DNA of 64,000 bases from the NCBI GenBank assembly GCA_965218795.1, contig OZ244653.1, positions 4,634,472 through 4,698,471 of the forward strand, in the 5' to 3' direction. Positions 1 through 10,088 of the stretch are shown here, in pieces. The translations under genes and the position numbers were made by a program. Source of the DNA: a bacterium. GTDB lineage: Bacteria > UBA8248 > JACPRG01 > G963555815. Every line of letters starts with the position of its first letter. Positions within the stretch are counted from its first letter, which is position 1. Under the pieces are notes generated by a model that searched no databases, was not told the DNA's origin, and saw nothing but the letters and a program-made list of their open reading frames with translations.

Positions 1-2
1 CG

Positions 3-1196
3 GTGGATATCGGGATCGGAGAGGAAGTGATTGGGGAAATCGCTCCGTCTGCATCCCGACCCGCGAAGTCCGTCATCGAGACCGGCGGAAACCTCGTCGC
101 CCCCGCATTCGTGGATGCGCACGTCTACCTCGACAAGGCTTTCCTCGCCGAAGAGGCCGAGTTTCTGCCCGATGCCTTCGGAGAAGAAGACCTCATCGAT
201 TTGACGCAGTCGGCGGCCGGGCCCATGAACCTCGAGGCGGTCGAGAGGCGCGCGCGACGATTTCTCTCGCAGGCCGTTCGTCACGGGACGGGCGTCGTCC
301 GGGGCGTGGCGGATGTTTATCCCGAAATCGGGACGCGGCGCGTGGAGCTTTTCCTTCGGCTCAAGGAGGAGTTCGCCCCGCGACTCGACCTGCAGGTTCT
401 GGCCTATCCACAGCTCGGCGTGGTTCGGACGCCCGGAACCCTGGATTTCTTGCGCGAGGCACTGAATCTGGGTGCGGACGTCCTCGGCGGGGCGCCCGCT
501 TTCGATTCCGACCTGGACGCCCATCTCGACAGCCTGTTCGACCTCGCCCGGTCGCTGGACCGCAGGCTCCATTTCTCCTTGGACATGGACCTCCCGAAGG
601 AGATCCCGGCCGAGCGTCTGGAGGTCTGGAAGGTGATCGAGCGGGCTCGCGCGGCGGGCATGCAGGGGCGGGTGTCCGTGGGTCACCTCTGCGCGCTGGG
701 TTCCATGACGCCGGGGGAGGCGGGCCGGGCCATCGAGGCCATTTCCGGCGCGGACTTGAACGTCCTCGTGTTTGCATCCTCCCAGCTTTACCGGCTGGGC
801 CGGTCGGATGAGAAAGACGTGCGACGCGGGTTGACGCGGATCAAGGAATTACTGGCCGCCGGGGTGAACGTGGCCTATGCCTCCAACGACGTTCGCGATG
901 CCTTCAACCCTTTCGGTAACGGAGACCTTCTGCTCGAAGGATTGACGGTTGCGCAGGCCGCGCACCTCGCTTCGGACGAAGAATTGGCGTCGGTCTTCGA
1001 GATGGCGACAAATAATGCGGCCCGCACACTGGCGATTGGGGAATCGTACGGTCTGGGGACCGGCAAACGGGCGGATCTGGCGGTCTTTGATGCCCCGTCC
1101 GTGGCCGAGGCGATTCGCTCGCAGGTCGAGAAGACGCACGTCGTCAAAGGCGGCAAACTCGTGGCGCGAAATCAGCGTACCAGTGAATTGATGTAG
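3..1196 (+). CDS. Amidohydrolase-superfamily protein (cytosine-deaminase / AtzC-like), 5'-partial at the window edge
   Basis: 397-aa ORF opening with the metal-ligand region ...LVAPAFVDAHVYLDKAFL (HxH-type motif of the amidohydrolase fold). Length and composition fit the cytosine deaminase-like subfamily. Confidence 0.8.
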   Translation: MDIGIGEEVIGEIAPSASRPAKSVIETGGNLVAPAFVDAHVYLDKAFLAEEAEFLPDAFGEEDLIDLTQSAAGPMNLEAVERRARRFLSQAVRHGTGVVRGVADVYPEIGTRRVELFLRLKEEFAPRLDLQVLAYPQLGVVRTPGTLDFLREALNLGADVLGGAPAFDSDLDAHLDSLFDLARSLDRRLHFSLDMDLPKEIPAERLEVWKVIERARAAGMQGRVSVGHLCALGSMTPGEAGRAIEAISGADLNVLVFASSQLYRLGRSDEKDVRRGLTRIKELLAAGVNVAYASNDVRDAFNPFGNGDLLLEGLTVAQAAHLASDEELASVFEMATNNAARTLAIGESYGLGTGKRADLAVFDAPSVAEAIRSQVEKTHVVKGGKLVARNQRTSELM

Positions 1197-1405
1197 AATC
1201 GGCCCCGAAGGATTCGATATTGCTGGATGTGAATGGGTGTTTTGGCGGGGCGCCCTGAAGCGTTGGCCGGATGGGTCGGTCCCCTCGAAGTCCCCACCCG
1301 AAGGATTCTGCCGAGCCTGAGACCCAATCTCATTGCTCCGCCCGGTTGCTGAGAGAATCAGCGGGCACAGGTTTTACCGGAACGCCTTGAAGGGAGAGGT
1401 AATCG

Positions 1406-2227
1406 ATGAAAGTCCGAGTGGCGGCGGCGCAGCCGCTGACCTTTCAAAAAGAACGGGAGCCGGAAAACTTGCCGGTGGCGCTGGATTACATCCGGCAGGC
1501 GGCGGAGGAGGGAGCCCATTTCATCTGCTTTCCGGAGGGCTATCCCGGCCCGTACTCCGGCGCCATGGATTTCGACCCGACCGGTGACTTGGCGGCGGCA
1601 GCCAGGAAGCACGGCATCTATGTGATCGCGGGCGGATTGGAAGAGGCCGGTCCCGACGCCTTCTACAACCTGCTGGATTTCTACTCGCCGGCCGGAGAAA
1701 GGCTCTACCGGTATCGGCGTTGCCAGAGCGCGGGGGACGGCGTGGATGTGCCGCTCTTCGGACGGCACATCCAGGAGGGGGGGGAACTCAAGGCGTTGGA
1801 GACGCCTTACGGCAACGTAGGGCTTCAGGTCTGCTCCGAGGTGTTTTCTCCCGAGATGTCCCGAGTGCTGGCGCTGGAGGGGGCGGACATAATTTTCTAT
1901 CCCGCGGGCGGGATGTTCTACGAGGTTTCGGAATCGTGGCGGATTCTGGTCCGCGCCCGGGCCATCGAAAACTACGTGTACTCCGTGATGTGCCAGAACC
2001 TGTTCGGGATGGAGAGGGGGATCGCGGCGATTGCCGCGCCGGAGGGATTGTTGGCCGAGGGGGACTCCCCTGGATTCGTTATCGCCGACCTCGACCTGGA
2101 CCGGCTGAAATTCCTGCGGGAGACGAAAGAAGACCTCGTCATGCCCAAGCCGTACAAGACCATTCCAGGCCTGATGGATTCCTGGCGCAAGCCGGAGCTG
2201 TATGGGCGGATTGTGGAGCGGAATTAG
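1406..2227 (+). CDS. Carbon-nitrogen hydrolase (nitrilase / aliphatic amidase superfamily)
   Basis: 273 aa. MKVRVAAAQP...HFICFPEG...(E-K-C-type CN-hydrolase layout). Sits 200 bp downstream of the preceding amidohydrolase. Confidence 0.85.
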   Translation: MKVRVAAAQPLTFQKEREPENLPVALDYIRQAAEEGAHFICFPEGYPGPYSGAMDFDPTGDLAAAARKHGIYVIAGGLEEAGPDAFYNLLDFYSPAGERLYRYRRCQSAGDGVDVPLFGRHIQEGGELKALETPYGNVGLQVCSEVFSPEMSRVLALEGADIIFYPAGGMFYEVSESWRILVRARAIENYVYSVMCQNLFGMERGIAAIAAPEGLLAEGDSPGFVIADLDLDRLKFLRETKEDLVMPKPYKTIPGLMDSWRKPELYGRIVERN

Positions 2228-2640
2228 ATTTCAGGACAATGCTGCGCTCCAATCCGAAATCGCTGCAAACGCTGATGACCATGACCTTGGCAAGACGAAA
2301 ATTGCTTCCGATATCATGAAGAAACCGGACAGGCTGTCTGATGACGAATGGAAGCTGATGAAGGCTCATTCCGGATGGGGGGTGGACATACGAAGAGGAA
2401 ATGAAATTGAGGATCCGGTGATCATGGAAATGACCCGCTTCCACCACGAACGATTGAATGGTCGAGGGCGCCCGGATGGTTTGAAGGAAAAAGCCGTAAC
2501 TGATCTTGATGAAAGCCTCCGGAATCGTCGACTTCTTTGTCGCAATGACGACCGATTGGCCTTACGAACACACCCTTTCGATCTTCGATGCGATGAACAA
2601 GCTGAAGCGGGAGAACGCGAACGGCGAGCTTTTTTGATAA
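2202..2640 (+). pseudogene. HD-GYP phosphodiesterase remnant (N-terminally truncated, internal frameshift)
   Basis: Frame 0 reads ...DDHDLGKTKIASDIMKKPDRLSDDEWKLMKAHSGWGVDI...TRFHHERLNGRGRPDGL, the HD-GYP core (HHE..DG.G.P). The expected following segment (SGIVDFFVAMTTDWPYEHTLSIFDAMNKLKRENANGELF) is in another frame from about 2503. The upstream half of the HD domain is absent and the remnant overlaps the CN-hydrolase 3' end. Confidence 0.55.
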
Positions 2641-2786
2641 AGATCTGTTCCAAGGGGATCCGTACGGATGATGGCGGAATAGGAGTGGCTATTTCGTTCA
2701 ACGCCGGACACCTGAATCCAATCAAGGGTCCTGTTCATCCACCATCAAAGAACCTGGAGTTCAATCATCGTGAGACAGCTTTTACC

Positions 2787-4145
2787 TCAGCCGTCGGCCG
2801 CCTTTTGGACCAGCTTGAGCGCCATTTCATTCTGCCGGGCGATCACTTCGTCCAGGTCGACGCCGAGGACCTCGCCCCGGTCGACCCTGAGCTCCCCGTT
2901 CACGAACGAGTAATCCACCTTCGGGACCCCGCAAAAGACCAGCGCGGCGATATAGTCGTGATTCGCCCCGGCAAACTGAATCTGGTTCAGGTTGACGCCG
3001 ATTACGTCCGCCGCCTTGCCGGGCGCGAGGGTTCCGATGTCGTCCCGGCCGAGCACCGCCGCCCCGCCCTTGGTCCCCATTTTGAGGACGTCCCGCGCGG
3101 AGATGTCGGATTCCGAATAGCGGATTCGCTGGATCAAAAGACTCTGCCGCGCCTCGTTGAAAAGGTGGGAGCTGTCGTTGCTGGCGCTGCCGTCCACGCC
3201 GATGCCGACGTTCACGCCCGACCGCATCATGTCCACCACCGGCGCGATGCCTGAGCTCAGGCGCATGTTGCTCACCGGACAATGCGCCACGCCGCCGCCC
3301 AGACCCGCCATCCGCTTGACCTCCGGGTCGTTCAGCCAGACGCTGTGGGCGTGGAAGCACCGTTCGTCCATCCATCCCACCTCCTCCATGAAGTCGAACG
3401 GACGCTTGCCGAAGTGCTGGGCGCAGTACTCGTCCTCGTCTTTGGTTTCCGCCAGGTGCGTGTGGCATTGCACCCCCGGGTAGCTGTCGGCCATCTTCCT
3501 CGATTCGCGGTAGAGGTCTGCGCTGGCGTTGAAGGGCGCGCAGGGGCCGACGCAGATCCGCGTCATACCGTTCGGCTCCGCCTCATGCCACTCCTCGATG
3601 AGCGCCTGGGTGACCCGGTGAACGGCGTCATCCTCTTCCACAATCTCGGGGTCGAGGTCGAATCCGGGGGAAAGGGCGCCCCGGGCCAGATGGAAGCGAA
3701 GACCGATTTCCTGCACCGCGCGAATTTCGTAAGAAGCGATCTCGGGCGAGGACTTCGGATGCACGTAGCAGTGATCCACGGCCGTCGTGCACCCGGACAG
3801 CAGCAACTCAACGGCAATCGTCCGGCCCGCGGACGCTGCCATTTCGTGATCCAAGTTGCGCCACACCCTGAAGTTTTCAATGATCCAGTCGAAGAGCTTC
3901 GCGTCCTGGGCCTGAGGCAGGTTGCGGGTCAGCGACTGGAAGAAGTGATGGTGGGTGTTGATCAAGCCCGGCATGAAGAGGTGTCCCCGCCCGTCGATCG
4001 TCCGATCCGGCTTCGCGTCGGCCGGAACCTCTTTCCCCATCGACTGGATCTGGTTGCCCTCGATCAATACGTAGGCCCCCTTGAGGGGCGCCTCCTCGAC
4101 GTCCGTGACCAGCAGGTCGATATCCCGGATCAGGGTTGTGCTCAT
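2787..4145 (-). CDS. TRZ/ATZ-family amidohydrolase (guanine/8-oxoguanine deaminase or hydroxyatrazine hydrolase-like)
   Basis: 452 aa. MSTTLIRDIDLLVTD...FMPGLINTHHHFFQSLTRN (HxH metal site) and typical downstream His/Asp ligands. Full length. Confidence 0.85.
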   Translation of the reverse strand: MSTTLIRDIDLLVTDVEEAPLKGAYVLIEGNQIQSMGKEVPADAKPDRTIDGRGHLFMPGLINTHHHFFQSLTRNLPQAQDAKLFDWIIENFRVWRNLDHEMAASAGRTIAVELLLSGCTTAVDHCYVHPKSSPEIASYEIRAVQEIGLRFHLARGALSPGFDLDPEIVEEDDAVHRVTQALIEEWHEAEPNGMTRICVGPCAPFNASADLYRESRKMADSYPGVQCHTHLAETKDEDEYCAQHFGKRPFDFMEEVGWMDERCFHAHSVWLNDPEVKRMAGLGGGVAHCPVSNMRLSSGIAPVVDMMRSGVNVGIGVDGSASNDSSHLFNEARQSLLIQRIRYSESDISARDVLKMGTKGGAAVLGRDDIGTLAPGKAADVIGVNLNQIQFAGANHDYIAALVFCGVPKVDYSFVNGELRVDRGEVLGVDLDEVIARQNEMALKLVQKAADG

Positions 4146-4152
4146 CGGTGCC

Positions 4153-5088
4153 TCAATCCTTTGTGTAGGGCAGGGTGATAGCCGCGGGCATGCGAGTGCT
4201 GCCGACGACCCCGGCGTACACCAGCAGCGTCAACAGATACGGCAGCATCCGAAGAATCTGAAATGAGACCGGGAAGCCCAAGGCTTCTATCCGCAGGCTC
4301 AACGCTTCAATAGCGCCGAACAGCAGGGCCACGCCCGCCGCCCGGTAAGGAAACCACTTGGCTACGATGACGATCGCCAGTGCGATGAATCCCCGGCCGC
4401 CCGTCATGCCTTCCACGAAGGAATCCAACTGGCTGATCGACAGATAAGCGCCTCCGATTCCCGCCAGCATACCGGAAATGATGATGGTGAGGTATCGAAC
4501 CCCCGGGACCGACACGCCCAGGCTGTCGGCGGCGCGGGGATATTCGCCGACGGCGTTGATGTGGAGGCCCCAGCGCGTCCGAAACAATATCCAACTGGCG
4601 ATCGGCAGGATGAGGAACGCGAGGTAGGTGAGCGGCGTGTGATGAAAGAGGATCTCCCCAACCACGGGCAGGTCCGTCCATCCCTTGATGTTGATGGCCT
4701 GGAAGGCTGATACCTTTGGGTTCTTGCCGATGCCCCACAGGGTCCGGCTGAGGAACGTGGTCAGCCCAAGTGCGGCGATATTCAGGGCGATGCCGGTCAC
4801 GATCTGATCGCCCGCCAGCGACACGGCCACGTAGGCCAGAAGGGCCGCGAATATCGCGCCCGCAACGATCGAGAACAGGACGCCCGCCCAGGGGCTGCCC
4901 GTGGCGAACGTTCCCGCCACTGCGGCGAAGGCCCCGAATAACATCATCCCCTCCAGGCCGATGTTGACCACTCCCGATCGCTCGGCGAACAGCTCGCCGA
5001 CGCTCAGAAAGACCAGGGGGATGGAGAGCCGGATCGTCGCCGAGATGAAATCGACCGAAAAGAAGAGCTGTTCAATTGAGCCGAGCAT
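4153..5088 (-). CDS. ABC transporter permease (BMP/nucleoside-uptake type, YufQ/NupQ-like)
   Basis: 311 aa, polytopic membrane protein (..IPLVFLSVGELFAERSGVVNIGLEGMMLFGAF..). Adjacent to the second permease and the ATPase. Confidence 0.85.
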   Translation of the reverse strand: MLGSIEQLFFSVDFISATIRLSIPLVFLSVGELFAERSGVVNIGLEGMMLFGAFAAVAGTFATGSPWAGVLFSIVAGAIFAALLAYVAVSLAGDQIVTGIALNIAALGLTTFLSRTLWGIGKNPKVSAFQAINIKGWTDLPVVGEILFHHTPLTYLAFLILPIASWILFRTRWGLHINAVGEYPRAADSLGVSVPGVRYLTIIISGMLAGIGGAYLSISQLDSFVEGMTGGRGFIALAIVIVAKWFPYRAAGVALLFGAIEALSLRIEALGFPVSFQILRMLPYLLTLLVYAGVVGSTRMPAAITLPYTKD

Positions 5089-6160
5089 GCCGTAATTCCT
5101 GTCGTTTCAAGAGGACGCGCATCAGGTATTGGGAAGAAGCCGCAATCAGCAAAACGATGGCCAGTCCCTGAACCACCTGAATGACCGCGGAGGGGACGCC
5201 CATCGTCTGTTGCAGGTTGTCGGAGCCTGAATCCAGCATCCCGAACAATAACGCGGCCAGGATCACGCCGAAGGGCTGGGTCCGCCCCACCAAGGCGACG
5301 GCGATCCCCGTGAATCCATAGCCGGGCGAGAAGAAATCGCTCAGGCGCAACTGGACGCCGTGGACTTCCGCGGTTCCCGCAAGCCCGGCCAACCCGCCGG
5401 CGAAAAACATCGCCAGGGTCGTTGTCCGAAGAACGCTGATGCCGACGAACCGGGCCGTGGAGACGCCGGCTCCCGTCGCCCGGATCTCGAATCCGACCCG
5501 GGTATGCCAAAGAAAGATGTACACGAGGACGGCAACGGCGAGCGCCAGGAAGATGCCGATGTGGATCCCCGTCAGATCGTGGAGTACCGGGAAGCGCGTG
5601 GATTCGGGCACCTCGGCGGACCAGGGGTAGTAGCTCGCCTCGTCCAGCATGGGGCCGTGCACCAAGTAGCTCACAATCCAGAAGGCGATGTAGTTCAACA
5701 TGATGGTGGTGATGATCTCGCTGAGGCCGAACTTCGCGCGCATCCACCCGGCCATGCCGCCCCAAAGCCCTCCTGCCAGAAAGCTGCCCAATAGGATCAT
5801 CGGGAAGTGGACGCCCCAGGGCATCTCCGGTAGGTACAGGGCGAGCGCGGTGGACGCCAGAGCGCCTATGTACAATTGGCCCTCGCCGCCGATGTTGAAC
5901 AGGCCGCACCGAAAGGCCAGCGAGACGCTGAGGCCGACGAAGAGCAGCGGCACCGTCCGCGTGATGCCCAGGCCGAACCCAGCGGGCGTACCGAAGGCTC
6001 CGTTCCACAGTGCGGCGTAGGCGCCGAGTGGGTTGATTCCGATTCCGCCGATGATGAACCCGCCGACCAGGAGCGCAATGATGACCGCCAGGAGGGGGGA
6101 GACCACCTGGAACAGGGCCAGCAGTCGGAAACGGGAGGCGGCAGAGGTTTCGGCCGTCAT
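5072..6160 (-). CDS. ABC transporter permease (BMP/nucleoside-uptake type, YufP/NupP-like)
   Basis: 362 aa, hydrophobic, contains ..GLFNIGGEGQLYIGAL.. Overlaps its neighbours by a few nucleotides, as expected in an operon. Confidence 0.85.
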   Translation of the reverse strand: MTAETSAASRFRLLALFQVVSPLLAVIIALLVGGFIIGGIGINPLGAYAALWNGAFGTPAGFGLGITRTVPLLFVGLSVSLAFRCGLFNIGGEGQLYIGALASTALALYLPEMPWGVHFPMILLGSFLAGGLWGGMAGWMRAKFGLSEIITTIMLNYIAFWIVSYLVHGPMLDEASYYPWSAEVPESTRFPVLHDLTGIHIGIFLALAVAVLVYIFLWHTRVGFEIRATGAGVSTARFVGISVLRTTTLAMFFAGGLAGLAGTAEVHGVQLRLSDFFSPGYGFTGIAVALVGRTQPFGVILAALLFGMLDSGSDNLQQTMGVPSAVIQVVQGLAIVLLIAASSQYLMRVLLKRQELRHARLN

Positions 6161-7677
6161 GTCGCGTTCTCCGTGACCCCGGCCATCCAGAGACCGATGG
6201 TGAGCTCGTCCGCATCGGCGCCCGGGACCTCCCCCTGAAAGCCCCCTTCATAGATCACCAGAACCCGGTCGCTCAGGCTCATGATCTCGGAGAGCTCGCC
6301 GGAGAGAAGAAGGACCGCCGCGCCCTGTTCGCGCCGATCGAGAATCGTCTCGTAGACGAAGGCCGCCGCGCCGACGTCTAATCCCCGCGTCGGATTCATG
6401 GCGACCAGAACGTCCGGCGCTTCCATCATGACGCGGGCGAAGATCACCTTTTGCTGGTTGCCGCCGGAAAGGGCCCCGGCGGTGAGCCCCGGCGACGGCG
6501 GGCGGATGTCAAACCTTCGAATCAACTGGTGGCTGTTCTCCTCGATGACCTTTCCGGCCAGGAATCCCTTCCGTGTGAAGGGGTGGTTCTGGAAACGCTC
6601 CAGGTGAAGGTTTTCCCGCACCGTCAGGCCCAGCATGAGGCCCATGCCGTGTCGGTCTTCCGGAATCCGGCCGACGGCGTGCTTCGTCAGGTCCCGGGGG
6701 TTCCAGGCGCTGATGTCCTCGCCGTGGATGCGGACTGTGCCGGCCGAAGGGCGCCGGAGCCCGAAGACGACCTCCGCCAGCTCCCGCTGCCCGTTGCCGT
6801 CGACCCCCGCGATGCCGAGGATCTCCCCGCGCCGGACAGCCAGCGACGCCCCCTTGAGCGCGGCCAGGCCGTTCTCATCCGTCACGCGGACATTCTCCAG
6901 TTCCAGGACGACCTCGCCGGGCTCTCGATCCGATTTGGGGAAATCGAACACCACCGGGCGGCCGACCATCATCTGCGCCAGGTCGGCCGTAGAGGTCTCG
7001 GAAGTCCGGACGGTGTCCACGACCCGCCCTTGCCGCAGGACCGTCACCCGGTCCGTGACCTGCATGACTTCCTCGAGTTTGTGCGAGATGAATACGATGG
7101 AGACGCCGTTGTCCACCAGCGCCCGAAGGATTTGAGAGAGCTCTTCGAACTCCTGGGGAGTCAGAACCGCCGAGGGTTCATCCAGGATGAGAAGGCGGGC
7201 CTTCCGGTACAGGGCCTTGAGGATCTCCACCTTCTGGCGGGTGCCCAGCGGCAGGGTTTCCGTGACCGCCCAGGGGTCGAGGTCCAGCTTGAATCTCGCG
7301 GCGAGGGTGCGGATCTCCTCCGCCAATTGCTCGAGCTTCAGGACCGGGCTCTTCGTCTCCCGCAGGCCCATCGCCACGTTTTGGACGACCGAAAAAGGGG
7401 GGACCAGCATGAAGTGCTGGTGGACCATCCCGATGCCGTGCCGGATCGCGGCTTTGGGTGACGGGATGCTGACCTCCTGGCCGTCCAGATGGATTCGGCC
7501 CCTATCCGGGTGATAAAGGCCCGTCAGGATGTTCATCAGCGTGGTCTTGCCCGCGCCATTCTCGCCCAGGAGGGCGTGGACCTCTCCCCTCTCGACCTCG
7601 AAGTTCACATGGTCGTTGGCGATGACACCCGGAAAGACCTTCGAGATGTCCTCCATGCGGAGGAGGGGATGGGTCAT
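6157..7677 (-). CDS. ABC transporter ATP-binding protein with duplicated ATPase domains (sugar/nucleoside family)
   Basis: 506 aa. Walker A GENGAGKTTLMNILTG in the first half and a second nucleotide-binding domain in the second half. Confidence 0.9.
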   Translation of the reverse strand: MTHPLLRMEDISKVFPGVIANDHVNFEVERGEVHALLGENGAGKTTLMNILTGLYHPDRGRIHLDGQEVSIPSPKAAIRHGIGMVHQHFMLVPPFSVVQNVAMGLRETKSPVLKLEQLAEEIRTLAARFKLDLDPWAVTETLPLGTRQKVEILKALYRKARLLILDEPSAVLTPQEFEELSQILRALVDNGVSIVFISHKLEEVMQVTDRVTVLRQGRVVDTVRTSETSTADLAQMMVGRPVVFDFPKSDREPGEVVLELENVRVTDENGLAALKGASLAVRRGEILGIAGVDGNGQRELAEVVFGLRRPSAGTVRIHGEDISAWNPRDLTKHAVGRIPEDRHGMGLMLGLTVRENLHLERFQNHPFTRKGFLAGKVIEENSHQLIRRFDIRPPSPGLTAGALSGGNQQKVIFARVMMEAPDVLVAMNPTRGLDVGAAAFVYETILDRREQGAAVLLLSGELSEIMSLSDRVLVIYEGGFQGEVPGADADELTIGLWMAGVTENAT

Positions 7678-7767
7678 GGGCCGGTCGCGGTCGGTAGAGG
7701 AGCCGACGGGGGGAAAGCCGGGCGATGCCGGCCCTCCCCCGTGTCCGAATCGTATGGACTGAGACGG

Positions 7768-8757
7768 CTAGTTCTTCAGGGGTTTCGGAATGAACGGCAC
7801 CTTGATCTTTCCGGCGATGATGTCGTCCCGAATCTTCAGCACTTTGTCCTGTATGGATTTGGGGACGTTGTGAAACTCGGAAAGATCGGTGACCCCTCCG
7901 ACCTTCATCGGATTGACATAAAGGCCGGGGGTGAAGGACCCGTCCTTGAAATACTTGACGATGGGATCAACGGCGGTTCCGCCGTAATCGACGAGTTGCG
8001 TCACGATCACGGCCTTGGGCGCCACCTTGTATTGGTCGAGCCCGTTTCCGATCGCCATAACCCCCTTGTCCTGCGCCGCCCGGACAATCGCCAGGCCCGC
8101 GTGGTCGGCCACATGGTAGAGAACGTCCGCGCCGGCGGAGATCTGCGCCAAGGCCGCCTCCTTGGCCTTGCTCAGGTCTTCAAAGCTGTTGATGTACACG
8201 ATGTTGGTTTTCGCGCAGGGATTGACCGCCTTGACGCCGAGCCGGAAGGCCTCCGCCTGTGAGACGATGGAAGGAAACGGGAACCCGCCGATTGCCCCCA
8301 ACCGGTTCTTTTTCGTGATCATCCCGGCCAATGCGCCCGCGACATAGGCGCTCTCGTTGCTGGCAATCTGGAGCACGCGAACGTTCTTCTGCTTCCCGTC
8401 CTGGTTCACAATCCCGACGATATTGAGGAATTTCGTTTTTGGAAACTTGGGGGCGACCTTCATGATCGGATCGCCGAACTCGAACCCCTGTCCGACGACC
8501 ACGTCGTATCCCTGGGCGGCGTAATTGCTCAGTGTGGAGACGAATTTCGGAGGCGGAGTGTTCTCCGAGTAGGCGACCTTGTACCCCATCTTTTTCAGGC
8601 GCAACACCGCCTCGTATCCCGTCTGGTTGAATCCCTCGTCGTTGATGGTTCCGGGAAACACCCAGGCCACCCGCTTTTGAGCCCAGGCCTGTCCTCCTAT
8701 CAGAAACGATGTGATCAAGAAACCCGCGGCCGCAATCCCTATGAGAATCTTCTTCAT
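7768..8757 (-). CDS. BMP-family ABC transporter substrate-binding protein (basic membrane protein / nucleoside-binding)
   Basis: 329 aa with a signal peptide. ...VFPGTINDEGFNQ...TPPPKFVSTLSNYAAQGYDVVVGQGFEFGD is typical of Bmp/PnrA-like binding proteins. Confidence 0.9.
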   Translation of the reverse strand: MKKILIGIAAAGFLITSFLIGGQAWAQKRVAWVFPGTINDEGFNQTGYEAVLRLKKMGYKVAYSENTPPPKFVSTLSNYAAQGYDVVVGQGFEFGDPIMKVAPKFPKTKFLNIVGIVNQDGKQKNVRVLQIASNESAYVAGALAGMITKKNRLGAIGGFPFPSIVSQAEAFRLGVKAVNPCAKTNIVYINSFEDLSKAKEAALAQISAGADVLYHVADHAGLAIVRAAQDKGVMAIGNGLDQYKVAPKAVIVTQLVDYGGTAVDPIVKYFKDGSFTPGLYVNPMKVGGVTDLSEFHNVPKSIQDKVLKIRDDIIAGKIKVPFIPKPLKN

Positions 8758-8921
8758 TTCACTCCATCCTTTCCATGGCAGTATGCCTTCGAACCCTTCC
8801 GGAACTCCCGATCCGCTCCCTCGGGCCGACCGGCGCCCGGACGATGCCGGCCGGGTATCCGGTATTCCGGGGAAGCGTCCTACGCTCCACCCGCTTCTGC
8901 GCTTCCGGTCTCAACCTCCGC

Positions 8922-9920
8922 TCATTTGGGGTTGGGACGGGGCTTCGGGATAAACGGGACCTTGAGCTTCCCGTCGAGGATGGCCTGACGGGCCTTCATC
9001 ACCCGTTCTCTGATCGGCTGCGAGACGTTGCCGTGAATCTTGCCGAGGTCCGTAGCCCCTGACTTCATGTTATACCGGAGGACCCCAGGCTTGAATTCCC
9101 CGGTTTTCAGATATCTGCCCACCGGCTGGATCCACATGCCTCCCCAGTCCACGAGGTGGGTCGCGACGACCGCTTTGGGCGCCTGACTGTGCTGGTCCAT
9201 CCCCCAGCCGATGGCCATGACGCCTTTCTCCTCAGCCGCCCGAACGACGCCGGCCCCCGCATGATCCGCTACGTGGTATACGACATCCGCTCCCACGCTG
9301 ATCTGGGCGAGCGTCGCCTCCTTGCCCTTCGCGATATCTTCAAACGAGTTGATGAAGGAGATCACGGCCTTCGCGCAAGGGTTGACCGCCTTGACGCCTT
9401 CCCGGAAGCCCTCGAGCTGCGACACGATAGGGGGGAAGGGAAATCCGCCGATGATGCCGATCCGGTTTTTCTTGGTGATCAGCCCGGCCAGCACCCCCGC
9501 GACATAAGCCCCTTCCCGGGCTGCCGGCTGGAGGCTGACCACGTTGGGGACCTTTCCGTCCGTGTTGTGGTTTCCGGCGTTCACGAAGAACTTGGTCTTG
9601 GGATATTTTTTCGCGATTTTCATGACGGGATCGCCGAACTCGAAACCATGCCCCACGACGACCTCGTATCCCTGCGAGGCGTAGTTGGAGAGGGTCGATA
9701 CGAACTTCGGCGGCGGGGTGTGCTCGGAGAACGCGGTCTTGACGCCGTGCATTTTCCGAAGCCTCACCAGTCCGCTGTAGGCGCTCTGATTGAAACCGTG
9801 GTCGTTGATGGTTCCAGGCAGGACCAGCGCCACCCTTTTTTGGGCCAGGGCCGGTCCCGCACCCATCCACAGGACAACAAAGAAAGCGGTGATCGATATT
9901 GTTGCGAGAATCCGCCTCAT
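8922..9920 (-). CDS. BMP-family ABC transporter substrate-binding protein, paralog of 7768-8757
   Basis: About 65% identical to the neighbouring SBP (VLPGTINDHGFNQ...TPPPKFVSTLSNYASQGYEVVVGHGFEFGD). Likely start MRRILATIS, with a signal peptide. Confidence 0.9.
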   Translation of the reverse strand: MRRILATISITAFFVVLWMGAGPALAQKRVALVLPGTINDHGFNQSAYSGLVRLRKMHGVKTAFSEHTPPPKFVSTLSNYASQGYEVVVGHGFEFGDPVMKIAKKYPKTKFFVNAGNHNTDGKVPNVVSLQPAAREGAYVAGVLAGLITKKNRIGIIGGFPFPPIVSQLEGFREGVKAVNPCAKAVISFINSFEDIAKGKEATLAQISVGADVVYHVADHAGAGVVRAAEEKGVMAIGWGMDQHSQAPKAVVATHLVDWGGMWIQPVGRYLKTGEFKPGVLRYNMKSGATDLGKIHGNVSQPIRERVMKARQAILDGKLKVPFIPKPRPNPK

Positions 9921-10088
9921 GTCTGTCCCTCCCTCAGACAAATGGGTTCACTTCGCGAGCCAATGCTTAACAAATGCTCAGCGATCGTCGCGCACGATGC
10001 AGTGCAATCTTGCCAAAACAAGGTATGTCGCTATTCTCCACAATATTCGGTCTTGTCTCAAGCGAATATTGCTTGTGTCGGTCAGACA

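Noticed and set aside
2202-3254. 350-aa + strand ORF covering the HD-GYP fragment and extending to 3254
   Set aside because: Only the first ~145 codons resemble a real protein. The rest is antisense to the well-supported amidohydrolase gene 2787-4145 and has low-complexity composition.
8162-9507. Two conserved 61-aa + strand ORFs (8162-8347, 9322-9507) with near-identical sequences
   Set aside because: Their conservation is a by-product of lying antisense to the two paralogous BMP binding-protein genes.
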